Shown here piece after piece: positions 25,926 through 38,977 of a stretch of 64,000 nt of DNA. The DNA is taken from assembly GCA_002633005.1 (NCBI GenBank), contig NMRA01000093.1, positions 249,441 to 313,440 on the forward strand. Reading direction: 5' to 3'. The number at the start of each line of letters is the position of its first letter. The first letter of the stretch is position 1. The notes beneath the pieces were generated by a model. That model had not been told where the DNA came from. It searched no databases and worked only from the letters and a program-made list of their open reading frames with translations. This DNA is from Phoronis australis. Taxonomy: Eukaryota; Animalia; Phoronida. Position numbers and translations under genes: made by a program.

Positions 25926-28474
25926 TCAGCCCTGCCCTAACCTCATGAGTCACCTCAAGCAAGTGGTACATGTATATGCTAGTAAACAAACAAAACAATA
26001 AAACTTATTCAACCTAGACCATTTTCAGTCTACTCCTGACACATTCAAAAACATGAGATGCCATGTTCAGCCGAAGCACCAACCTCAGGTTCCGAGAGGC
26101 AGTCTTGTTTTGCGACAAATACAGACGGACCATATTCAAAGAAGATATGATTTTTCATAGGCTATAAAAACAACAACATATTTTCCTTTGCTTTACTGTC
26201 TTATTCACAACCAAGTCAAGGATTCGTTGAATTTATACTTTCCCAGCTGCGGGGATGCTAACATCTGTAGGTATTTAGCCCCATGCACCGACATCAGAAA
26301 TGATGCGTTTTTGCAAAGAAAATCGTTTACCAAAGAGTTAATGATATAGCTGCATGTGCCTAAGGTTCACTAATAGGTGCATGCGCCTAAGGTTCGCTAA
26401 TAGGTGCAGGTGGGTGTCCCTTGTACATGTATAAGCACATGCTTTGGGTACAGGCACACACATTGTCTTCGACATAATCTTTCCTGGGAGACATTTTTGA
26501 GCGACTTAGTTTGACCGTGCACTTCCTAAAGTCACCGCTTACTTGTGGAATTTTATGAAACTGTAAGAATAGACAATAGTCCACTTGCGTGACCAATTGG
26601 TTTAATTGTTTTCATATTCGCAACGGATGGACGAAAATATTAAACTCGACTTGGATATGCATAATAACAACAGATTCAAATTTTCATTTCATTCTGGCAA
26701 TAATGGGCCTTCGTGCAAAAACACGTACGAGCTGAAATAGTTTGGTCTCAGCAGCAAGAAAAAAATCATCAAGGTACCGATTGATGTATTAGAGGAGAAA
26801 AGTTAGGAAAGAGTCAGCCAGATTCTGGGAATAAAAAGAGGGATAGCTGAGCAACAGGTGTCGGAATACCTGTTGCATCACGTCCTTGTAGTGTCCAAAA
26901 CACTGACGAAGAAAAAAACTGTCAGAACACACAGTTACAAACCCCAATCGCTAAACTACTATCGCATCAGAGGCTACCTTTTTCTAAAAAAAATGTAGTG
27001 GTCTTGGAACTTTCATTAAAACAATACATAAGAGGCTTATCTTTCTTTCGTGGATGCGAATCTTTTTAGCAGTAGTGATAATTTTACACTGATAAGCCGG
27101 TAAATCTTGTTTCATTTGACTGTTTCAAAAACAGCCAGTGAAAAAGAATTCTAGTTCGTAAGGGCTACTTTTGACAGAAAAAGGTGTATATATGCAATCT
27201 ACTTCAACAGTCCAAAAACGTATTCCAAACATGATGTCTATAGGTGGAAAAGTGATAATGACTAAAATCGAGAGCGTTCACACACGCCCATCTTAAGCAT
27301 CATAAACAGAGAAATAAGGAATGCTAAGTACTGTCAGATCATAAGGCAGATCGGACGTCCGATCCGCTGCCTAAAAACATCACCCCGAATGCTTGTCAGA
27401 CGTGTGATCTACCTTTTAGTTGCTCGCTTCAAAATCGAACTTGCCTTCTTACTGTGAGAAACTGACCACAGCCCAATGCTGTAATTTGTGTGTACAATCC
27501 TCTCTTCGCCCACGACTACACATTATTGTCCAAAATATCAGCATTTTGTATTTCAATGTCACGGTAATTACTTGTAAACCCACAGACAGGTGATACTGTT
27601 AAGAACGCTCGTTTTCAGAAGTTGATCTCCCTTCATATAAAACGACCTACACATGTTAAAAGTCCACATCTGAACGCGGCATAACATTATTTACCATTAG
27701 CCACTCGGAGGTTCAGCAGACGTAGCTCTAAAATTGATGGGTGACATCATTTCATTAATAAAAACAAAGCTGATGAATTTCACGCGCATGAGTTGCTAGG
27801 CAGATAAACACGGTGGACGTCAAAATGTAACATTATCAGTGGAATTCAACGGCACATTAACAATTGTCGGCTTCATTTCATTACAAACCTGTCCGCTAAA
27901 TTTCACAGGGAATACTGGAGTCGAGTGGCCGCAGAAAAAAATAGTGCCAAAAACTTAAATTGTCGCTACAGAGTTTAGTTCCAAATAGACTCGCCATCAT
28001 CTTCAATACAAGGGAAATAAGATACCTGTAATTTATATACATGTAAGTAAGCCGTAACGGTGTTTCGCGGAAATAAAGACAACCGCCGGCGATGGACCGG
28101 CGAATATAGGCAACTGTCTTCAAATCCGTCGTACCAGCATTGGGACTATGTGCTAACTACATAACATTCATCAAGAAACTTGGTGTTGTACATAGTGAGG
28201 CATATTCGCGCAGATTTGCCGTTAAGGGCGCTAGCAGTTGCCCGATTCGTCGGCAAACCACAACCAGTCAGTGTCTTAGCTACACGGTGAATCCCATTCG
28301 TAATGCGTTTCACGAGAGGCCTGCAAACACGATTACCAAAATATTCAAATAGCAATCGGAAGCAAGGCATCAAACGTTTACAACCTTGGACAATTTGCAT
28401 GTGTATCGTCTCCTTGGTGGAAGCATGTACGACACATTTGACCAAGTTTCACCAAACAATTTTCCAGATGTAAA

Positions 28475-28791
28475 AACAGGTGACAAGAATTACGCCTACG
28501 CTCTAGGCGGCCCAACAGGTGCCAAGAATTAAGACTACGCTCTAGGCGGCCCAACAGGTGCCAAGAATTAAGACTACGCTCTAGGCGGCCCAGCAGGTGC
28601 CAAGAATTAAGACTACGCTCTTGGCGGCCCAACAGGTGACAAGAATAACGACTACGCTCTAGGCGGCCCAACAGGTGACAAGAATTAAGACTACGCTCTA
28701 GGCGGCCCAACAGGTGACAAGAATTACGACTGCGCTCTAGGCGGCCCAACAGGTGGCAAAAATAAAGACTATGCTCTAGGCGGCCCAACAG
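28475..28791. repeat. 39-bp minisatellite, 8 units
   Basis: Unit AACAGGTGACAAGAATTAAGACTACGCTCTAGGCGGCCC with few substitutions and no unique spacers. Confidence 0.97.
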
Positions 28792-28978
28792 TTGTCAAAT
28801 ACGTCTGGAAATGACCGTTGACAGTTTTGGTCACGACATAAAGCTATTCGTTAAAAGTTTCCTGAAGTTCCTTCAAGGTCGCCTTGGTCAAGTATTTGGA
28901 ATTACGCTGAAATTGAGTACAAAAAAATGTTTGCAAACATTTACTGAAATATGGCGCTGTACCAAAGTTTAACGGTAG

Positions 28979-31452
28979 CTAATTTTTGATAGAGAAGTTC
29001 AAAGTTTACTTACCGATTATACATTCTATCCCCCTACCGTTTGAAGTTTATTTTAGCAAGTGATTCTAAACAGGGAAGAATGGATCAGTACGAAAATAAT
29101 CATGATGATGTAACTCGAGAAACAATCGCCTCGAAAAACTAAAATAAACATTGTGAACACATCTCACCAGGATATATAAACAAAAAATTTTTAAGATCCG
29201 ATTCGGTGACGCTAGAGTCGACCTTTTGAAGCTCTCATGGAATATCAATTAAAAAAAGTTGTTTTATTTCTGCGAAACTACGTCAGTGTTAAACTTATTT
29301 AGTTGCAGGTACAAGTGTAACGGTGACAATCACCGTTACGTGTTCGTAAACTTGCGTCATTTTACTGACACATTAACTCTTATATATTTTTTGTCATTGA
29401 AAGCACTGGCAGTGGTGTCAGGGTGTAGCGTCACAAATGCCGCAAAATGTACGTGCGCCATAACTTTTTTCGAGTTGGTGTGACGGGGTTGCGTTCCAAC
29501 GGGAAGTTTCTGTTTCTTGCAAGGAAAACAAGATCATACAAGGGTTTGCGAGAAATCGCTCCGCATTACAATCGAATCACGTGATCACACTCGTTCCCCT
29601 TGAGTGTGTTCTTACATCAATTTCTCCGACGGCTCTAATAATTTGATACCGTGCAACCAGTTCACACCACATGCAGGTGATTTTACCTTCAAAACCCGGC
29701 AGTGTTGTTCTATGTCATCTGTCGAAGAAGTCTGTCCACAGCTCCCCCTTAGCTATGAAATGCAATGGCACGGGTTTTTACGTTATCGGATGTTTTTATT
29801 TGTGAAATACAGTAGACATCCAAGTTTTATTATGAATAACAAGGTTGCAATGACGAAACACAGATCTTCAGAAATCTCTTTACCATAAACATGTTCGTTT
29901 TGTTCAAATGTTTCGCATATCTGAGCTTTATTCTTGCACAAATACCTGTCTGGATTTTAGTGACTTTTGTCAAATTTAAAAAAAATAGTACTTAATTTCA
30001 AGGCTCAAATGTACAGGGCTGTTACTTTACATGTATTTGAGTGATGTCGTGATTGACTTCGTTTTTTGGTGCGCGCGCTTACTACAGTGGCTGCAAATTC
30101 GAATACAGGCGCGTGTTGCTAAATATACGCAGGCAGTATACCTTGACAAAATTATGATTTTCGTGCTGAAGCGTTGGTAGTAAAGTTCATTGATATTGCG
30201 TTGATAGTGATAGAGTNCTAATTTTGATAGAGAAGTTCAAAGTTTACTTACCGATTATACATTCTATCCCCCTACCGTTTGAAGTTTATTTTAGCAAGTG
30301 ATTCTAAACGGGAAGAATGGATCAGTACGAAAATAATCATGATGATGTAACTCGAGAAACAATCGCCTCAAAAACTAAAATAAACATTGTGAACGCATCT
30401 CACCAGGATATATAAACAAAAAATTTTTAAGATCCGATTCGGTGACGCTAGAGTCGACCTTTTGAAGCTCTCATGGAATATCAATTAAACAAAGTTGTTT
30501 TATTTCTGCGAAACTACGTCAGTGTTAAACTTATTTAGTTGCAGGTACAAGTGTAACGGTGACAATCACTGTTACGTGTTCGTAAACTTGCGTCATTTTA
30601 CTGACACATTAACTCTTATATATTTTTTGTCATTGAAAGCACTGGCAGTGGTGTCAGGGTGTAGCGCCACAAATGCCGCAAAATGTACGTGCGCCATAAC
30701 TTTTTTCGAGTTGGTGTGACGGGGTTGCGTTCCAACGGGAAGTTTCTGTTTCTTGCAAGGAAAACAAGATCACACAAGGGTTTGCGAGAAATCGCTCCGC
30801 ATTACAATCGAATCACGTGATCACACTAGTTCCCTTTGCAAGTATTCTTACATCAATTTCTCCGACGGCTCTAATAATTTGATACCGTGCAACCAGTTCA
30901 CACCACATGCAGGTGATTTTACCTTCAAAACCCGGCAGTGTTGTTCTATATCATCTGTCGAAGAAGTTTGTCCACAGCTCCCCCTTAGCTATGAAATGCA
31001 ATGGCACGGGTTTTTACGTTATCGGATGTTTTTATTTGTGAAATACAGTAGACATCCAAGTTTTATTATGAATAACAAGGTTGCAATGACGAAACACAGA
31101 TCTTCAGAAATCTCTTTACCATAAACATGTTCGTTTTGTTCAAATGTTTCGCATATCTGAGCTTTATTCTTGCACAAATACCTGTCTGGATTTTAGTGAC
31201 TTTTGTCAAATTTAAAAAAAATAGTACTTAATTTCAAGGCTCAAATGTACAGGGCTGTTACTTTACATGTATTTGAGTGATGTCGTGATTGACTTCGTTT
31301 TTTGGTGCGCGCGCTTACTACAGTGGCTGCAAATTCGAATACAGGCGCGTGTTGCTAAATATACGCAGGCAGTATACCTTGACAAAATTATGATTTTCGT
31401 GCTGAAGCGTTGGTAGTAAAGTTCATTGATATTGCGTTGATAGTGATAGAGT
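28979..31452. repeat. Near-identical ~1.24-kb tandem duplication joined by one N (probable assembly artefact)
   Basis: 28979-30216 vs 30218-31452; N at 30217; only scattered SNPs and 1-bp indels. Confidence 0.9.
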
Positions 31453-31474
31453 GGTAACATAGATTTGTCGATTT

Positions 31475-31910
31475 TGGCGATGGTGGTGATGATAGTGGGC
31501 CATTGGTTGTAACGGTAGTAAGTGTGTCCACGTGGTGGTTATGGTAGTGGCGGTGGCGATAAAGGCGGATACGTTAGCCTCATGTTGGAGGTTGGAAGAG
31601 GTTAGTTTGTGATTTTAATGATGTCGGCGAAGATGGCTTTTTTAAGTTAAAACTTGTTTGGTGGCAGGGATGTCGGTGGTCTTGGTGGTCCTGGCTGTGT
31701 TGACAAAATACGACTGATCGGAGAAGTTATCTGTGCACTGTGCTTGTTCGGATGGCAAACTTGGTAATAATAAAAGACACAACTGACGGTGCTCTTATGA
31801 AAATAATTGTTATGGTAGCTATGGCTGTAGTGAATAGCGACGTGTCGATAGCTGTTATGGCATTGTTGCTAGTAATGACGAAGGCGACGATAAGGATGCT
31901 GGCGGCTATA
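31475..31910. repeat. Decayed GGT/GAT-rich low-complexity tract
   Basis: Strong trinucleotide periodicity and G/T skew; its ORFs are compositionally biased. Confidence 0.6.
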
Positions 31911-33686
31911 TTTTTCACTTTATTGATGACAGTTCACCGCAAGACACGTGTGATGAGCCATGCCTTGTCAATCAGAAAGGCGTCGACTTTTACAAACATC
32001 AAAGACATTTAATGGGATAACAAGTTGTATCGTTTGCAGTTATTTATTCATTGAATTGACATTATATTGACATCATGACCCAAAACAAACACCGTAGAAT
32101 GCATCTACGCCGAAGGCAAGAGTGGGTGTAGTCTTGTTCATGACAATCTAGTTATGAAGGCCCTAAATAAAACTATCCAAACTTTGCAGCTTTGTATCTC
32201 AGGGATGTTTGGTCGGATTCATACGAAAAGTTGTGTACTGTTCTCCAAAACAATATTAGGAATTCGCTTTTAAAACGATCCGCCAAGTATGAGGGTTACA
32301 AAAATCAGACTTTTGTAATTTTTATAAAAATACACTGTAAAATCGTAAATGAATTGATATTTTAGATAATTTTAACACTGTTTTGAGATTTCATCTTGAA
32401 CATGCATCTCAATGAAATTTGGCCATGTTATTGATTTTATTTTGCTATGAAGGTACTTTATTTGGTACTAAATTTTACTAAACATGTTATAGCGACAAGA
32501 CATTATTTGATTGTTTTTCCCAGAAGGAAACGGTTGGCAAATCTCACAATTGCTTTCTTTAATATTTTACATTCGCTAAACTCGCAAACAGTGGATAGAT
32601 TTGTTTGCAAATTAGAAATTTACAGTTTTCTTACAATTTAGTTTTCTAGTGAACGGTCTCTACTGTTTAGCGTAATGTACACAAATTGCTACATTACGAA
32701 ATCACGTTTTCTAATTTAAATAATTGGCTGCGCTTTGGACAAACATATCCAATGCGACAGTTATTACAGGTAAATTAAGAAATGACATGCACTTCAAATG
32801 CGATGGCAAATTAAGTGGAATTCCCATCGGACTTCGGAAAGTGAATCTGAGAGACGCGGAGAAAATACATATTATATCGTAATTCCTGTTACCTGAAAAC
32901 ACCATTAAAACACAAACGAATATTTAAACTGTTTAATTTAGGAAATAATTGCAAACGTTTTCTTGTGTACCGAAACTTTTGTAGTTAAAGTTGATAAATA
33001 ACAACTTAAAGGAAACGAACAGCGTCGGTTACGCTGTCTCACCCAGAGAGGGAGAGAGGGAAAGAGACAAAGGGAGGNACTTTTAAATCTGAAATAATAA
33101 ATGAATGTGGTTTTGAAATTCATTTTACCTTGTACGGCTCTAAAAGTATATTTGTACACTCATGGCCAGATGAAATGAGCAAAACTACATAAAAATGAGA
33201 TGGATATAACAGTGTCCATCGGCGCTCTAAGCAGAAAAGAGTCGACCTACCGTGGTAGAGGTTTCTATTGAATGCCGTCTCCAGTTGAATAAAACACCAA
33301 AGTACAGATTAATAATAAATTCACTGGGATGTTTACACTGTAGGGACAATCTTTGGCCACTTTCAGTTTTTTTCCGCAAGTGATGAATGACCACACCACT
33401 CCAGGCTAGACATTTTTAGTTGAAGAATCAGTTAGTTCCCATTACGGTTAGGAGGTCTTCTAAGAAATCATTAAATCAGCCCTGTTCAATCAGACACACC
33501 GCTCCAGAAGAGTTTTTGATTTTTAACCCTTCGAAGTTTATAATTTGCAATGGGGCTATTCAGAGAATTCTCCTCGCGGTGTCGCTGCTGTACTAGTGGT
33601 GATTGGATTGTGCATGCGTCGCTGTCTGCATGTAAGTAAACAGCTCATAAAAAGACGGAATTGATGTCAAAATACATCATCGCGCT

Positions 33687-34600
33687 AAGCCTTATTATTG
33701 CTATTGTCCCTGGTGCAATTCTTCGATAGCTGGTCACAAATTCCAAAAAGACCTCAGGTTATTACAGGCGTGGAGAATTGCGGTCAAAAGGGTCAACCAA
33801 CTGACAAAAAGTGTGTGGATGCCGAAGCCCCGTGTGTGCTCTATGCATTTCGACTGGGCTACTACATAACGCTACTTGGTAAGTTTTTAGCAATCAGTTT
33901 CTATCGACGTCGTTCGGTAATGTTATCCGGACCAGTAACCCCACTGAATAACGGGTTTATTGAGTGGAACTAAGTGTTTCTTTTCGAAAACTCACCCGGG
34001 ACTCGGATGCCGGGTAGGCCAGCAGCACATATTCACATATTGTCCTCCAGGGGTGGGAGTGCGCCCAATATAAGAGGTGTATGGTACGTGACGCTCAGAA
34101 GTCAAGGGTGGCTTTTTCACAGCAGTTTCTCTTCAAAAGTATGCTATAACCAATAAAATTCCTTATTTTATAGCGGACCCCACCCCTGACACTACCAGAT
34201 TAGTTACCGAATTAACATGAAAAAGCTATGCAGTAAATGTCGTAACATTGCATTGGAACAAAATTGACACCTAGAATGAATTTTAATTCTTGAAATCAGA
34301 AGCACATTTTAAGTGTCATGAACAATACACATTGTTAAATCACTTTTAGCCTGTTTCACATATTTTAATTCAGGTCTTAAATAAGACTTGGGCACAAAGA
34401 TTATTAGTTTCTGCATATAAACATGAAGATGAAATGTCAATATGTTCTGCCTTACAAAAGTAGATTTGTCTTGTGTTTTCTTTTATAACTTGCTAATATT
34501 TCTCTGACTATTGTGTTACAGGTGAGAGAAAACGACTGAAACTAGCCGCTTGACCGTCTATTTTACCTTTGGACAAAGTGAAAAGCAATCCTTCTGCAAT
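33687..34600 (+). pseudogene. Two-exon THAP zinc-finger pseudogene (transposase N-terminus)
   Basis: Exon 1 (33687-33878): (K)PYYCYCPWCNSSIAGHKFQKDLRLLQAWRIAVKR...WMPKPRVCSMHF. Donor GTAAGT at 33879; acceptor TTACAG ending 34521. Exon 2: GERKRLKLAA*PSIL (AVPTIF-like box). Probable ATG>AAG change, one frameshift, one stop. Confidence 0.85.
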
Positions 34601-35284
34601 AACCTGAGAGAATTGAACCTAATTCAGAAAGTCAGCCCTTGATATGCCTGATTATGGATTCTGTTGCATTGGGAAAATTACAATTGTTTTAACAATGTTG
34701 TTTCTTTGTATGTATGTAGTTGTTCAGTTTGCAATTTTGTTTTTAAATACACTGATAATTGTTTATTCTCGAATCTTGTGCATAGCAGATTCTTATCCAG
34801 CTACCTACAATTGAAAACACACTTAAAATACACAAAACTTAAAATGTCCAAAGGCCTTCTTCATAAGGCTCTAAAAATAATTACACATACAAACAAATCA
34901 AATGCAAACAAAGGGAATACTTCATTTTGATCGCTGCACACTTCTATAGGTTAACAGGAAAATGACAATTCGCAAGCGTAATCAGTAATTATTTCAGCTT
35001 TATCAAGAATAAGCACAACTGCACTGTATGGGGCTTTAAAACTGAAGAAATATTGTGGTTTGAATAATTAGTGACAAACTTGCCTGTTGATGAAAAATTT
35101 ATTCGATCACCAAGTGTAACATTAACGGGCTTTCTACTGACAATAAGACAATCGATGCAGTCACTGAATAATATGTGCCAAGTTGAAAAGTTTTACCATT
35201 AGTACAAAGCCTTTCTTTTGAAAGGAAAAGTTAATGTCATTCAGTGAGAAAGGACAGGTATTTATACCAGATGCTTTTGGTTTT

Positions 35285-35600
35285 CATTTCACTGGGATCT
35301 AGTTTCAATGGCCTATAGAAGCGCTTGTAAAAAAGGTACAGTTCCTGCACATGGCTTTCTTTCAGGCAACCTCATTCAGCCTCAATAACATCCACAATTA
35401 GGTTCTTGAAGGTAAACACAACAGCATATAACTTGACTCGTTTTGTGCCCAAAATCTGACACTGAACTAGACCAGAGTGTCACTATGTTTCTTTAGCTTC
35501 AGTCCCTCATGGGATCCAAGAGCTTTTTGGGGCATGAAAAGGTAACCATTTTCCTTTGGTACCACAGTGCTCTATGGACATCCTCATGCTTGGATATGGC
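35285..35600 (-). pseudogene. YqaJ/lambda-exonuclease-like C-terminal remnant
   Basis: Minus strand LKLKKHSD..LVQCQILGTKRVKLYAVVFTFKNLIVDVIEAE*...QELYLFYKRFYRP matches the LK..H.Y..QVQGQ...VV.T.....E.I....L..FY....P pattern of transposon YqaJ proteins, as recalled. Confidence 0.6.
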
Positions 35601-35649
35601 CGTCAGGTTAGCTCTGGTGGGTGTGGTCAGGGGAGCCAAGAGAATGACA

Positions 35650-36600
35650 CTCAAAATTGAGCTAGATCAACTTTTCTGGTAACCACTTCAAACTGCCTTG
35701 GATGCCTACTACCATATCCACTGTATCAAAATTGGTCACTGCCAGACAATTTCAGTGGTGGGGAGTAACAGCCAGACGGTTATAAACAAGTTAAAAAATT
35801 GAGCTAGATCAATACAAGAGGTAACCACATGAAACCAGTTTCAAAATATTCACCGTGAGCACAGGTATCACGAATGAACACTGCCAGAAAAATCTAGTGG
35901 TGGGTTAGCCCCGCCAGACACGCCCAAATACTCAAGTTGAGCTCCATGTAGATCGACACACCAGGTGACCATTTGAAACCAATTGCACGATGTCCAGCAT
36001 CACTGTGTATGGCACAACATTTAGATGTCAGACAATTTCAGTGGTGGGGTGTCCTTGCCAGACGATTATCAAAAATGTTTAAAAATTGAGCTAGATCAAC
36101 CCAAGAGCTAACCGATAATACCAGTTGCAAAATATTGACGGAAGCCCAGGTATCACAAATAAAAACTGCCAGACAAATCTAGGGGTGGGTTAGTCCCGCC
36201 AGACACGCCCAAATACCTGAGTTGAGCTGGATCAATCCACTAGGTAACAGTTTGAAACCAGTTGCACGATACTCAGCTTCACTGCACATGGCATAACAGT
36301 AAGATGCTAGACAATTTCAGCGGTGCGGTGCCCCTGCCACACGACTAAAGAAAGGGCTAAATTTGAAGTAAATCAACCCAACAGGTAACTACATGAAACC
36401 AGTTGGAAAATATTCTACGTAGGCCCACGTATCATGAATAAACACAGTGAGACAAGTCTAGAGGTGGATTAGCCCAGCCACACACGACAAAATGTCTGAG
36501 TTGGGACAGATTTATCCGCCAGGAAATAGTTTGAAAAATGTCGAGCAACATTCTGCATGCAACAAAAGATACTTTACAGACATTTTCAGCCGTGGGACAG
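35650..36600. repeat. ~141-bp satellite-like array, ~7 monomers, dimeric higher-order structure
   Basis: TTGAGCTAGATCAA...GAAACCAGTTG...CCAGACAA...GTGGTGGG recurs at ~35654, 35795, 35935, 36082, 36220, 36360 and 36500; alternate monomers are more alike. Confidence 0.85.
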
Positions 36601-37129
36601 TAGCGTGCAGAGATTTGGTCGACGCAGGGGCGACTTTTTATTGGACGCCTCTCTCAACTCAAATGCATATATTCTATTTAGGCCCGTAGCCAGCATTGAG
36701 CGGGGAGTGGTTCGAATTTCATGAACGGTGGACCTTATATGTTTTGCAAACGTCGACACTGTAGAGTATTCGGCAAGTCCTTTGACGCAACTCAATTAGG
36801 GGGAAGGGAAATCTGTATGCACAGCGATGAATCTCAGCTTTATCTTTATGAGATGAGATGGAATTTGTAATACCAGAAAGAGGATGCTGTGAAGGTTGCT
36901 CGCAAAGAACGGGACACAAATTCGGATGTAATGTGGTGCAGCAAGAGAACATTCTCGCATCAGCTCCTGCCAAAGTTTCAAATCAGCCATTCTTAAATGA
37001 GTGATTACAACTCATTGCATACTCAGACGGAAATATGAAGTTTAGTCGGCGAATGACTTAATTGGCAAAATTGTTTTTCTGGTTCTATTTCAGCGTGTTA
37101 CTTAAGTTGCTTACATCTCTGGAAATGGG

Positions 37130-37850
37130 AACATCCCACTGATTTCGAAGGTTCACTACTCGAAGGTTCACTATTACGAACTTCACTACTCTGAAGATTC
37201 ACTGCTCCAAAAATATCCAAACTTTCAAACTCAGATGTGACTATTAACCTTTAACATGCAAACATAAACGATCGTTTGGCTATTAGATGCACCTATACCG
37301 AAAGCAACGCTCGGGCACTAAAACACTTTGTTTGTATTTCAAGTAGACGTGACCACCGCCTCCAGCTGACAAGCCCAACTAAGGAAACGGTGGACAGATT
37401 TCACTGTGCATGATCGAGAAATTGCCCGCATGTCTTAAAATGAGCACGCACTTACATTTTAAAAGGATCTGAAGTAGAATACTGATGAATTATCAACCAT
37501 GACACATTCATCAAATCCCCATGTCAAGATCGCATTGCAGTTCGACGCACACGGCTGGGTTGAAACTAAATGAAGTTAGTTACCAGTTTTCACGAAGTCA
37601 GGGAATCCCATTCAGTCTTGATAAATTCGAAACCGCCATTGGTCGCCGCAGCCTTGACGCGTGCAACAGATGTTGTCTCTACTTGAGAATACGAGTCGTG
37701 ATCTCACAATCCAGAATAGAGAACTGTCGGAGATTTGGAATAGTGGAAATTGAAAGTAGTGAATTTTAGAAGGTATCGAACCTTCGGAGTAGTGGATATT
37801 CGGAGTACTGGACCTTCGGAGTATTGAACCTTCGTCATAGTGACATGGAA
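37130..37850. mobile_element. TIR element with 16-bp subterminal repeats
   Basis: Left array of GAAGGTTCACTACTC(C) is mirrored by a right array of TTCGGAGTAGTG(G)ACC. Confidence 0.75.
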
Positions 37851-38977
37851 CTTCCTTGGGAATCTTTTCTTCTGTAGGTCGTATGAAGTCTGCAGGGTTG
37901 TGCACCATTGACACTGATTGAATAGACAAGATTTTTATTGACCATCATAACTTGAAAATGTTCCATGGGGGGGGTATTCTCAGTGCAAAACAACACGGTA
38001 GCTGAATGTCTGGATTTTGAGCACGACAGAGGACTGCCTGTAATGAACTCACTGAATGTAAAAGAACAAAAACGCTCACACGTGTACACGAATGGATGTC
38101 AATCCACCAATCCACTATCAAAGTGGACACTGGATGAACAACATACTTTGAAAACGCCTACCCTTCTACCGTACTGTGCTTGCGATTAACAGAATGACAT
38201 ATCTGTTTTCTGCTGTTTGGTTTCTTGGCCGAGTTTAAAGCATTCACGCCAAACTTAGTTGGAGCTCTCTCGTTGCTATAAACATGCATCTTACGTTTAG
38301 ACATTCACTTCTAAGACTCCCTTGTTACCCTTCGGTGTAGCCACCACGCGCGTATAGTTTATGAATAACATAAAGCCTCCTCTTATTGTATGCATGATCC
38401 TATCAGCTACACAAACTGCGGCACTCGGGAAAATTTGGCCGAGTACGGTGCCACGTGAAGCGCTATGAATCAGAAGCAAATTCAAAATTATTACTAACTT
38501 AGTTGTCATTGTACTTAGTAGCACCAGTAGCTGTAACAGTTTCGTTGATGTTTTCCATGTATAGACCTTATTCACGAGGCGGACATTAAAATCCAAAGCG
38601 AGGCTCACTGCAATAAACAAAGCTGAAGTTGACATCACGTGAGTTAATTGGCCTGTCTTTCGAGTACTACCTGGATATTAAATCTTAAAAATGTGTCAAT
38701 AATTAACCTCAGAGACGTAGAAAAATACATTAGAGAACAAGTCAATGCATCAAAAAGTTGTCTGACGAAAGGGTATAAGTTTTTTCGGAAAACTAGTTTC
38801 GAAACATGAAAAGTAGATAAGACCAAACTACGGCGATCGTAGTGTTACGGATTAGGTGTTATGCTGAATGTTACGTTTTTTCTTGTAAATTGTTGATAAA
38901 AATGCTTTCTGCAAGTCATCTGCTTGTAAGGTTGCCGAGTTGAAGATATATTCGACAGTGGTGGCTTATAGCATTTT

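Noticed and set aside
28475-28791. CRISPR-like appearance of the 39-bp array, and the 136-aa HLLGRLERS ORF
   Set aside because: Units are contiguous with no unique spacers, there are no cas genes, and the context is eukaryotic. The ORF is open only because the unit length is a multiple of 3.
29259-31124. Apparently conserved duplicated ORFs (also 50328-51705 and 42571-43467)
   Set aside because: Identity reflects the N-joined duplicated sequence, not coding conservation.
31727-32012. Hydrophobic, signal-peptide-like ORFs
   Set aside because: They arise from a decayed trinucleotide low-complexity tract.
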